Shown: in pieces, positions 52,627-61,665 of the stretch
Layout of the letters: each line of letters opens with the position of its first letter
Numbering within the stretch: position 1 is the first letter of the stretch
DNA from: Methanobacteriota archaeon
Lineage (GTDB): Archaea > Thermoplasmatota > Thermoplasmata > SG8-5 > JAGLSY01
Assembly: GCA_020697715.1 (NCBI GenBank)
Contig: JAEHCO010000001.1
Span: forward strand, 608,001-672,000
Length of the DNA: 64,000 bases
Direction: 5' to 3'
Position numbers and translations under genes: made by a program
Notes under the pieces: generated by a model
What the model was told of the DNA's origin: nothing
The model's input: the letters and a program-made list of their open reading frames with translations, nothing else
Database searches by the model: none

Positions 52627-53876
52627 CAAACCACCTCTTCCTTAGTCGCTATGCGGCCAAGCAGAGCGGAAGCCGCCGCAGTCTCTGGAGAAGCCAGATA
52701 TGTGAATCCCGCTCCTTGCTTTCCAGTGAAATTTCGATTGGAGGTGGAAACCTGCACCTGTCCTTCACCGGTCATACCGATCTGACCGGATGCACATCCT
52801 CCACATCCGGGATTCGAGATAAGGAAGCCAGCGTCCATCAGTGTTTCAAGCACGCCTTCCTTCATAAGTCTGATATAGCCACGCCTTGTAGCTGGAACAA
52901 CGGAGCCGAATACCCCTGGCTTGATCCTCTTGCCTTTCACGACATCGGCAGCTGCCTTGATATCCTCGTACCTGCCATTGGTGCAGGAACCGATGAAGAC
53001 CGAATCAACTTGTACATCGTTGACTGTTTCAACATCCACGACATCGTGGGGTTTTCCAGGTCTTGATATCTGTGGTTTCAAGCCATCGATATCAACGGTC
53101 ACATTGCCAGAATAAACAGCGTCCGCATCTGGGGCGATGCCCTGAACGGGCGAACCACGTGCTTCACCACATTCCTTCAGCACAAGGTCATTTGGCTGGA
53201 GAAGGGCGATTATCGAGCTCATCTCGGTCGCCATGGATGCCAGTGTTATCCTGCCAGAAAGATCGAGCTTGTCGATCGAAGGCCCGAAGAATTCCTGGGC
53301 CTTGCCCAAAGCGGTCTTCGTTCCCAGGGTTCCGACGGTCTTCAATGTCAGATCCCTTGCAGTGCAATTTGCAGGCAAGTCGCCTTCGACATCGATCCTC
53401 ACGGTCTCTGGAACCTCGAACCATGTCTTGCCAGCCTTGAAAACAAAGGCAATGTCCTGATCGCCCATTCCCTGGCCGAAAGCCCCTATGGCCCCAAGGA
53501 TATTGAGATGGGAATCTGTGCCGACCCCGGTCTCTCCAGGAGCGAGCAAGCCTTCCTCGATCATTACATGGGAGCCGATACCCGCATCCACATCATACAC
53601 ACGCACATCCTGTTCCTTGGCGTATTTCCTGCATATGTGTTGATTATTGGCATACGCGATGGTATTGGCCGGCACATTGCAATCGAAGGTGAAGTATGTC
53701 TTTGAACGATCATTCACCTTTTCTCCGGGGTAATATGTGTTCATGTTCTTGACCACATTCGCTCCTCCAAAATCTCTGGCCGATCTCACATCGATACCGA
53801 TCCATATTATCTTTCCTGGCTCTGCGTCTTCATCAGAATGCTGTTGCATTATTTTCTCGATCATGGTTTGACCCAT
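52626..53876 (-). CDS. Aconitase-family large subunit (LeuC/HacA-like)
   Basis: GTDSH, FIGSCTNGR, NPGCGGC (three Fe-S Cys), STSNRNFTGKQG, YLASP. Confidence 0.92.
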   Translation of the reverse strand: MGQTMIEKIMQQHSDEDAEPGKIIWIGIDVRSARDFGGANVVKNMNTYYPGEKVNDRSKTYFTFDCNVPANTIAYANNQHICRKYAKEQDVRVYDVDAGIGSHVMIEEGLLAPGETGVGTDSHLNILGAIGAFGQGMGDQDIAFVFKAGKTWFEVPETVRIDVEGDLPANCTARDLTLKTVGTLGTKTALGKAQEFFGPSIDKLDLSGRITLASMATEMSSIIALLQPNDLVLKECGEARGSPVQGIAPDADAVYSGNVTVDIDGLKPQISRPGKPHDVVDVETVNDVQVDSVFIGSCTNGRYEDIKAAADVVKGKRIKPGVFGSVVPATRRGYIRLMKEGVLETLMDAGFLISNPGCGGCASGQIGMTGEGQVQVSTSNRNFTGKQGAGFTYLASPETAAASALLGRIATKEEVV

Positions 53877-54120
53877 ATAATGACCTCCTATTCCGAGTTC
53901 ATTATGCGATATTGTGAATATCACTCAATGAATTCCGAACCCTGAAATGAACAGGTTGCTTAATAACTTTACACTGAATGAATTTCACATTTTTGTATAT
54001 GATCTATCAATAATTCATAAACGAAACTATATTAATCCAATAAGGGAATGTCCATGTCAAGGGAGTTAAGTGGAATTTATGTATTCCAGATAACTTATAA
54101 TATATCGGAGGAAAAGAAAA

Positions 54121-55554
54121 ATGATAACTTTTAGTGACAAACAGCTGAAAACGCCAAAGATGCAGAGACCCGTGTATCTTGTCACTGGTGGAATGTCCAA
54201 GTTCGCAAGGGCATTTCCTGACAAGAGAACCGAGGAATTGGTCATTGATGCAATGACAGAGGCAGCGGAGTTCATAAACATGACACCTGCCCAGCTGAAG
54301 AAGTACATCCATACTTGCTACTACGGCCATTTCGCTGACCATTTTGGCGATCAGCTTCTTGGTGAGTCTGTGATACACGACCGTCTTGGACTTGATCCGC
54401 TCGGCAATATAGGTGTGAAGACTGGTGGAGCCACAGGCGGCTCGACCCTGTGGGAAGCCTACAAGACTGTGGCATCTGGCTACTCGGACTGCACACTGGC
54501 TATGGGCTGGGAGAGAATGGATGAAGTGCCAACAGATGAAGGGAACAATTACATCTCCTTCGCCGCGGACAAGGACTGGGAAACACCAATGGGACACATA
54601 TACACTGGCTACTACGCGGTCATGGCTCAGAAGTACTGGCAGGTCTTCGGAAAGGAAGAGGATTCTTTCAGAAGGACCATGGCGGAGATCGCGGTAAAGA
54701 ATCGCGGCTATGCGAGAATGAACCCACATGCCCAGGGACCGATGAAGATAACAGTCGAAGACGTTATCAACTCGCCAGTTGTGGCATATCCATTATTGGC
54801 ATTGGACTGCTGTCTGATGAGTGTTGGTGCCGCATGCGGTATACTGGCTGATGAGAAGACAGCATATGAGATGACCGACAATCCATTGAGGATAGACATT
54901 GGCGCTGGTAGCCATACCTTGAGGGTGGCTGACAGGCGGAACATGGAGATACCACTTCTGCCAAATGAGACAAAGGACCAATACGCGGACCTGGCTCAGA
55001 GATTCCCTGGAAGCGACAGATACCCTGGATTCACAGGATTCCTGGCAGCTAGAGTTGCCGCTCACTATGCTTACAATATGACCGGCATAAAGGATCCGAC
55101 AGAAGATATGGACCTGGTCGAGTTGCACGATGCTTTCACGATAAGTGATATCCAGACATACGAGGATATTGGTATTCGTCCATACGGTGAGGGAAGGACA
55201 TACGTGGAATCAGGAGACTGTTACCACACCAACCCGAACACGGGACAGCCAGGTAAATTACCGGCTAACTTGAGCGGTGGACTTATCGGAAACATGCACT
55301 CTGTTGGAGCAACTGGCATCATGCAGGTTCTGGAAGTTGGACATCATATCTGGAACAGATGGGCAGAGATGCACGGTGATGAGGAGAAATGGGCCAGGTT
55401 CGACAGGCAGAAACCAGAGGACTGGATAGATCTACAGGTCAAGGGCGCGAAGCGCGGTCTGGCCATCAGCCATGCGGGTGTGGGATCACATGTCACATGT
55501 ACCATCCTTCAAGATCCAAAGCATGTTCTTCCAGGAGGTATGTTCGATGAGTGA
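54121..55554 (+). CDS. Thiolase-superfamily (SCP2-type) protein lacking the N-terminal catalytic Cys
   Basis: TGGATGG at the nucleophile elbow, IAVKNRG..NPHAQ, VELHDAFT, NLSGGLIGNMHSVGATG. Confidence 0.85.
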   Translation: MITFSDKQLKTPKMQRPVYLVTGGMSKFARAFPDKRTEELVIDAMTEAAEFINMTPAQLKKYIHTCYYGHFADHFGDQLLGESVIHDRLGLDPLGNIGVKTGGATGGSTLWEAYKTVASGYSDCTLAMGWERMDEVPTDEGNNYISFAADKDWETPMGHIYTGYYAVMAQKYWQVFGKEEDSFRRTMAEIAVKNRGYARMNPHAQGPMKITVEDVINSPVVAYPLLALDCCLMSVGAACGILADEKTAYEMTDNPLRIDIGAGSHTLRVADRRNMEIPLLPNETKDQYADLAQRFPGSDRYPGFTGFLAARVAAHYAYNMTGIKDPTEDMDLVELHDAFTISDIQTYEDIGIRPYGEGRTYVESGDCYHTNPNTGQPGKLPANLSGGLIGNMHSVGATGIMQVLEVGHHIWNRWAEMHGDEEKWARFDRQKPEDWIDLQVKGAKRGLAISHAGVGSHVTCTILQDPKHVLPGGMFDE

Positions 55555-56149
55555 TTGCGACTGCCAGAAAGATAGAGGTACAGTGAAGGTCGTGAATGGA
55601 AGATACAAGCCAAGTGGCAAGTTCCATTTCCCACAGCCAAACACACCCATCAGGAACGAACAGGGTGTGTTGCTGGGTATAACGAATCCACGTGACATCG
55701 TCCACATGCATTCGTATGGCGGCGAGGCCATCTTCTTCGAGAGCCTCGGCAAGGGAAAGCTGATGGCATCCAGGTGCGATAATGCCGATTGCGAGACAAC
55801 CGGCTCCATCTACATGCCTTTCAGGATACACTGCCCAGATTGCCTGTTCAAGAACACTGTCGTGGACATAACCGACAGGGCGAAGGCCAATTCCATCGTG
55901 CACTCGTTCATGATCACCGAGAGGACCGGGGCTTTCAACACCCTGCCGACACCCATCAAGTTCGTGAACATCGAGTTCGATGGGGTATGCACCATCCTAA
56001 TGGGTGCATTGGTCAGGGGCGAGCCAAGCATCGGTATGAAGGTGGTTCCGATATTCAAGACACAGAACCCGGAATACATCATCACCGACATGCTCTGGGT
56101 TGCTGATGGAACTCCAGCAACAGATCTTCCAGAAGGATATTCCTTCTGA
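55547..56149 (+). CDS. Zn-ribbon/OB-fold (DUF35-like) partner protein
   Basis: GKLMASRC...IYMPFRIHCPDC, OB-like C-terminus (IGMKVVPIF); overlaps the thiolase stop. Confidence 0.85.
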   Translation: MSDCDCQKDRGTVKVVNGRYKPSGKFHFPQPNTPIRNEQGVLLGITNPRDIVHMHSYGGEAIFFESLGKGKLMASRCDNADCETTGSIYMPFRIHCPDCLFKNTVVDITDRAKANSIVHSFMITERTGAFNTLPTPIKFVNIEFDGVCTILMGALVRGEPSIGMKVVPIFKTQNPEYIITDMLWVADGTPATDLPEGYSF

Positions 56150-56177
56150 TCGATAAGCAGTAAGCGAACAGAAGAAT

Positions 56178-56216
56178 GCCAGGCGGAAACAAACGCCTGG
56201 CTCCCTTTTTACTTTT
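56178..56216 (+). terminator. Hairpin plus T-rich terminator after the DUF35 gene
   Basis: GCCAGGCG-loop-CGCCTGGC followed by TTTTTACTTTT. Confidence 0.7.
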
Positions 56217-56277
56217 GATATTTTACAAACAGAGCATGAACTATGCAGAGCATTTTCTCTATAATTTGTATGCGGAT

Positions 56278-56458
56278 CAATGTAAGCATGCCTCGTCTGG
56301 ATTATTCATCAGGGCGAAGCTCGGCTTGCCGAGATTCTGAAAGCTCAGCTTTGCTGAGATTCAGGGTACTACATTCGATAAATATTCGAGTGACAAATAC
56401 GGAGTGCTTACTTTTCGAAAACCCTGCCAGGAGCTAAACGATGGGCAGGGATGCTCAA
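56278..56458 (+). mobile_element. Putative non-autonomous IS200/IS605-derived element, family B copy 2, with internal double-hairpin insertion
   Basis: Shares CATGCC.CGTCTG, GGGTACTA.ATTC.AT.A.TAT.CG.GTGACA and TTCGAAA..CCC.G.C...GGGC.GGGA.G with 12571..12691; ends TCAA. Confidence 0.6.
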
Positions 56459-56528
56459 AATTAAAAACCATAAAAGGAAAGGGTCGGACGCCCGAAAGCG
56501 CCCGAATTTTCTATTGTCCATTACCTAC

Positions 56529-58850
56529 TTAATCCATTGGTGGTGGAGGTGTGTCCTCTACATTATCGGACTGGAAGGATTCCTCAGGTGCGAAAGATGT
56601 TTCTGTTTCTATTCCGCCCTTTGGGTTCGCCTTCTTGAACTTCTTCACCATTATCACGGTGTAGGCGATCAGGAAGATAGATCCTACCAAGACCAGTATG
56701 ATCATCGCGTAGTAGAACATACCTACTGTCGATCCTCCAAAGCCAGTTGACTTCAATGAGACACCATGGGTAACAGTGTCGCTGCTTCCGAAGGAATCTG
56801 TGTAGGAAGTTGCGAAGCTCATGACATAGACATGACCGCTTGACATGTCCTTGTTGGCCTTCATGTCGATCGAAACATCATAGCTCTCACCTGGTGCGAG
56901 ATCCGGTATGTACATTGGAAGTGCATCGGCTGTTGGAGCTCGGATGTCACCGTTTATCTCATTTGTCTCTCCGGCGAAGCCGCCTATGTTGGGCATTCCG
57001 ATAGCGATGTTCCTAGCTGTGTCGTCACCGTTGTTGACGATGGTCAAGGTCAATGTGAAGTCAGCACCGTTCTTGATCTCACCTGGAGCCACTGTTGTGA
57101 TCTCCAGCTTTGGACCGACACCTGAGATGGTCACTCTTGCATCGAGTGTTGTAGATATTGACTCGCCCATGTCCATGTTAACGCCAGTTATAGTAACTGG
57201 AACTGAATGAACACCGGAAGTTGCTCCTGGTGCGAGGTTCACCATAAGAATGGCTGTAAGTGTGTTACCTGCTGTAAGTGTTCCTGGCAGAATAGCTTCC
57301 TCTGAGGAGGTTGATTCTGGATCAACAACATTCAGGAATGGTGATGTCGCACTGTTTGTTTCGATGGTGAGAGCCACATTGCTGAAATCGATGTTTCCGA
57401 AATTCATAACATCGAGTTCCAGTCCATTATCTATGATCCTTCCACCAAGTGATAGTGTGTTTGTGCTTGTCAGCATGATATCCATCGTGGTGTCTGTGAC
57501 ATCTATCCAGATGAATGGGCCTTTGACATCGCTTGTGTCAGAATCGAGTGTGAAGGAATTACCGTCCATGTTCACACGTGGAGCATATTCTGCGCCTGAC
57601 ATTGTCCAGTCAATAGCGGTATTCTTGTAAGTGTCTGTATCTGGATCTATGTACATTCCCCAGAACTGGAACATGACCTTGTGCATTCCCTCTGGAATGT
57701 AAAGATCGATACCGACATTCATGGTCTCGGAGTGTGTACCACCGACTGCTATATTGCCAAGTTCTAACCAGGCATAGCTGACTGTGTGGCCATCTTCCCA
57801 GTGGTCTGCTGGCATGTATGTGAAAGCATCACTGGCTGGGTCAAGCTGAAGCTTGACGTCCAATAGATCCACTGTTCCGACATTCTCAAATGTCAGAGCC
57901 CAGGTAGCTAAAGGAGTTCCCTGTGCGAGTGTATCAACTGCCACGGTCACTTCCAGCATTGCCAGATGACCGACTATGAAATCGATCTCGCCGTATTCGA
58001 TACAAGCGACACCGTTCTCGGTCGTGTATGTCAATACGTAATCCGCATCATAGGCACCGGAGTCTGTTATTGGAGATACGGATACCATGTACCAGAAGTT
58101 CTCAGATTCCCAGGAATCGATAGTTCCAATATACATCGCACTGCTCTCTGTAGCTGTGTCATCGTACCATGTGAAGTCCCCACTTGGGAGATCGATCTCC
58201 AAAATTGGATCGACCATACCTTCATCACCTGGCATGTTGTTATTTGCATTCAAGAGAGCATTGACATTCTTGTTCTTGTCGCCAGGAATAAGACCACCGA
58301 CATCGTTGATCTGTGCCCTGTACTCGATGTCGAAGAGTATGTTACCCTCGATTGTGAAGTCATCTGAGAAAGAAGCACTCTCATTCCAGTAGACGAAAGT
58401 AATTGAAAGATTGTATGTTCCTGGTACTGCATCTCCTCTGATGTCGAAGCTGAACCAGAAGTCATCCCAATCACTGTTGAATATCTGACTATCTGTGTCC
58501 ACATTGTTTGAAAAGTCCTCGAAAGGAGTTGAAACTGGGTTGCCATTTTCATCCTCTATATTTGTGTCTATGGTCATCTCACAGTCAATTATAGTGTCGC
58601 CGTCATCCTCAGCTACATCCGGGAATCCGCCTACATTCCAATTCCAAACAGTTACAGAGAAATCAACATCCTCCATACCTGGGAAATAGGGGTCGTTATT
58701 ATCCAAAGATGTGGATGTTATCTCCACCCCTCTCATATCCTGTGGCTCAAATATCTCTTCCGCACCGGCCAATGGTATCAAAGCTGAAAGTCCTGAAAAG
58801 ACCATAGCTACGACAATTGCCAGTGATAATATCTTTGCTGTTTTCATCAT
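56529..58850 (-). CDS. Acidic S-layer-like (COG1361-type) surface protein with tandem Ig-like domains
   Basis: Signal peptide, repeated beta domains (FENVGTVDL, VMNFGNIDF, IVNNGDDTARNI, IPDLAPGES), C-terminal TM and PPPP tail; GGTGA SD. Confidence 0.75.
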   Translation of the reverse strand: MMKTAKILSLAIVVAMVFSGLSALIPLAGAEEIFEPQDMRGVEITSTSLDNNDPYFPGMEDVDFSVTVWNWNVGGFPDVAEDDGDTIIDCEMTIDTNIEDENGNPVSTPFEDFSNNVDTDSQIFNSDWDDFWFSFDIRGDAVPGTYNLSITFVYWNESASFSDDFTIEGNILFDIEYRAQINDVGGLIPGDKNKNVNALLNANNNMPGDEGMVDPILEIDLPSGDFTWYDDTATESSAMYIGTIDSWESENFWYMVSVSPITDSGAYDADYVLTYTTENGVACIEYGEIDFIVGHLAMLEVTVAVDTLAQGTPLATWALTFENVGTVDLLDVKLQLDPASDAFTYMPADHWEDGHTVSYAWLELGNIAVGGTHSETMNVGIDLYIPEGMHKVMFQFWGMYIDPDTDTYKNTAIDWTMSGAEYAPRVNMDGNSFTLDSDTSDVKGPFIWIDVTDTTMDIMLTSTNTLSLGGRIIDNGLELDVMNFGNIDFSNVALTIETNSATSPFLNVVDPESTSSEEAILPGTLTAGNTLTAILMVNLAPGATSGVHSVPVTITGVNMDMGESISTTLDARVTISGVGPKLEITTVAPGEIKNGADFTLTLTIVNNGDDTARNIAIGMPNIGGFAGETNEINGDIRAPTADALPMYIPDLAPGESYDVSIDMKANKDMSSGHVYVMSFATSYTDSFGSSDTVTHGVSLKSTGFGGSTVGMFYYAMIILVLVGSIFLIAYTVIMVKKFKKANPKGGIETETSFAPEESFQSDNVEDTPPPPMD

Positions 58851-59110
58851 TTTAATCACCTTTATTTTTTCATTATATTTTTTCATATCTCATTCTAATG
58901 CAATAAATTTATTTTGCATCCCATTCCTTATTGCTCTTCAATTTAGCTAAAATCTTACTTATATATAATATTATCGTAAGTTTTTATATATATGTCACAC
59001 ACGAGAGACCTATAGCCAGCATATCTAGAAGAAAGGGAGGAAACCCAACCCAAGCTGAATATATTTGATAATTCAATAACATTTTATAAGCAGTCCCCAA
59101 TCACTATCTG

Positions 59111-60385
59111 ATGACCGATTTCCAGAGGCCAAGAGGCACGAGGGACTTTCCACCAGAGGAGATGGAGCAAAGGCGCATTGTGGAAGATGGCTTGAGAAAG
59201 GTAGCTCGCTCCTTCAATTTCGGAGAGGTCATGACACCCACTTTCGAGAATACGGAACTTTTCGTGGCCAAGTCTGGCCCCGGTATCATTGATGAGATAT
59301 ACGCTTTCAAGGACAAGGGCGATCGAGAGATATCCCTGAGGCCGGAATTGACGGCCGCGGTCATGCGGTATTATGTGAAGGAGCTCCACACCAGGCCTAA
59401 ACCTCTCAAGCTCTACTACATGGGTAATTGCTTCAGATATGAGCGTCCCCAGAAAGGTAGGTATCGAGAATTCTGGCAGTTCGGGGCAGAGATCATCGGC
59501 GCACCATCACTGGAGGCAGATGCCGAGGTACTGGCACTGGCTTATTATTGTGCTGTGGGATCCGGAGCCGTGGTGACCGATATCAGGATCGGCCACTTAG
59601 GAGTTATGAAGGCCCTTTTTGAGAAAGCCCAGATCGGGGATGACCTGCAGGCGGATATACGCCGCTACCTGGACAAGAAGGATTTTGATGGATTGGATGC
59701 TTTCTTTGCAGAAAAAGGATTGAGCCCGGAAACACTGGGCACTCTCACCGAGCTTGTCAATCTTCATGGTAACAGGAATATTCTGGATAAAGCTCAGGAG
59801 CTCATGGGCGGAGATTGCGCAGACATCGTTTACCTTAAAGACCTGGCCAGAAGGCTGAATTCCTATGGGATCCAGGATTCTCAATATTCCATCGACTTGG
59901 GAGTTGCCCGAGGTCTGGATTACTACACCGGTATGGTGTTCGAGATAGATGCTGCGGGTCTTGGAGCCGAGAGCCAGATATGTGGTGGTGGAGCATACTC
60001 ACTATCTGAGACCTTCGGAGGCCAGCAGATATTCTCAACAGGATTTGCCTTTGGATTTGATAGACTTATACTGGCGCGCTCTTCAGATGAAGAAATTATT
60101 CCCAAGCTGGATATCTATTTCATTCCAATTTCAGATGATGCCAGGCTGAAATGTCTGGAGCTAGCCACCGAGCTCAGGAAGGCCGGGGTATCAGCGGATA
60201 TCGACCTTCTTGGAAGAAAGGTCGGCAAGGCCTTCGGATACGCGGACACCATAGGGGCAAGGACAGCCATCGTGATAGGGGATAAGGAATTAGCCGAGAA
60301 AAAGGTCAATGTCAAGGACATGGCGACTGGAGATCAGACCCCGGTGGAATTCTCAAGATTACTGGATCATTATCAAAATAAATAA
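59111..60385 (+). CDS. hisS: Histidine--tRNA ligase
   Basis: PRGTRDF, LRPELTA, FRYERPQKGRYREFWQ, ARGLDYYTGMVFE, GFAFGFDRL. Confidence 0.97.
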   Translation: MTDFQRPRGTRDFPPEEMEQRRIVEDGLRKVARSFNFGEVMTPTFENTELFVAKSGPGIIDEIYAFKDKGDREISLRPELTAAVMRYYVKELHTRPKPLKLYYMGNCFRYERPQKGRYREFWQFGAEIIGAPSLEADAEVLALAYYCAVGSGAVVTDIRIGHLGVMKALFEKAQIGDDLQADIRRYLDKKDFDGLDAFFAEKGLSPETLGTLTELVNLHGNRNILDKAQELMGGDCADIVYLKDLARRLNSYGIQDSQYSIDLGVARGLDYYTGMVFEIDAAGLGAESQICGGGAYSLSETFGGQQIFSTGFAFGFDRLILARSSDEEIIPKLDIYFIPISDDARLKCLELATELRKAGVSADIDLLGRKVGKAFGYADTIGARTAIVIGDKELAEKKVNVKDMATGDQTPVEFSRLLDHYQNK

Positions 60386-60402
60386 ATGAGAGTGAATTGA
60401 AC

Positions 60403-61287
60403 ATGAAACTCACACCACTGGCATCTGACTCCATGGGTGCCAGGGCGATGTGCTTTTTGGTGGAGACGGATGACATTCGGATAGTTATCGACCCAGCTGT
60501 CGCGCTTGGCCCGATCAGGTTCGGACTTCCACCACATCCTAGGGAGCTGGCAAGGTTCGAAGAGCTCCAGAATAGGGTGTTTGAAGAGGTGCGGAAGGCC
60601 GATGTCACCACAATTTCCCATTATCATTTTGACCATCATGACCCTGAACATCCAGATATATACCAGGGCAAGCGGATGCTGATAAAACATCCGCTTGAAA
60701 ATATCAATAAAAGCCAGACAAAACGATCCAAGGATTTTCTGAAGCTAATAGATGGAAAGCCCAAGTCCATCGAGCACGCGGACGGCCAGACCTTCAAGTT
60801 CGGAGATACAAAGATCGAATTCTCCGAGGCCCAGGCGCATGGTACGAATACCAAGTTGGGGTATGTGATCCAGCTTGCGGTGACTGATGGTGATATGACA
60901 TTCGTGCACACTTCGGATGTCGAGGGCCCCAGCCTGGATGATCAACTGGATTTTATCCTGAAGCAACAGCCGGATGTGCTGGCCTGCGATGGACCAATGA
61001 CCTACTTGATGTACAAATATGGTAGGGCGGCGCTGGAAAGATCCATCAACAATCTAAAGAGAATTATCGACGAAACACCTGTCCAACACATGCTTCTGGA
61101 CCATCATCTGTGTCGGGATGGCAAGTGGCGGGAGAAGATGGTGGATGTTATCAAGCACGGGGAAGGGAACGACTGCAAAGTCCAAAGCTTTGCAGAGTAT
61201 GCTGGCCTTGATGAAAGTCTGCTGGAATCACAGAGGAAGATACTGCATGAGGAAGAACCTGATGAATTAGGCAATCCTCTTAAATAA
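60403..61287 (+). CDS. Metallo-beta-lactamase fold hydrolase (UPF0282-like)
   Basis: LASDSMGARAM, ISHYHFDHHDP, HTSDVEG, LDHHLCRD. Confidence 0.88.
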   Translation: MKLTPLASDSMGARAMCFLVETDDIRIVIDPAVALGPIRFGLPPHPRELARFEELQNRVFEEVRKADVTTISHYHFDHHDPEHPDIYQGKRMLIKHPLENINKSQTKRSKDFLKLIDGKPKSIEHADGQTFKFGDTKIEFSEAQAHGTNTKLGYVIQLAVTDGDMTFVHTSDVEGPSLDDQLDFILKQQPDVLACDGPMTYLMYKYGRAALERSINNLKRIIDETPVQHMLLDHHLCRDGKWREKMVDVIKHGEGNDCKVQSFAEYAGLDESLLESQRKILHEEEPDELGNPLK

Positions 61288-61317
61288 TTTCATGCACTTA
61301 CACTATTGGGAGTTACA

Positions 61318-61548
61318 ATGTTAACATGCTTTGTTCTAATAAACGTGAATGCGAAGATGGAGGACGATGTCTACAATGGCCTGTCGGCCATAAAAGAGGT
61401 CGAGGGTATCAGAGAGGTCTTTGGCCAGTATGATATCATTTGCCGTGTGGAGGGTAAGAACCTGAAGGCCATACGCAAGACGATCATCAATGATATCCGA
61501 AATGTGCCTGGCATCACGGCCACCACCTCGCTCATGACAGCGGAATAA
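61318..61548 (+). CDS. Stand-alone Lrp/AsnC ligand-binding (RAM) domain protein
   Basis: FVLINV, VFGQYDIICRVE, IRNVPGITATTS. Confidence 0.88.
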   Translation: MLTCFVLINVNAKMEDDVYNGLSAIKEVEGIREVFGQYDIICRVEGKNLKAIRKTIINDIRNVPGITATTSLMTAE

Positions 61549-61665
61549 GCCAGTTGGAGCTGTTTCTGGCTTCTCGATGACATAATATCGGTAATGATTC
61601 ACTCTTAACTAACATAATATTTTATATCACATTATATATCACTTTCAAAGCCAGTAGGGGATACT

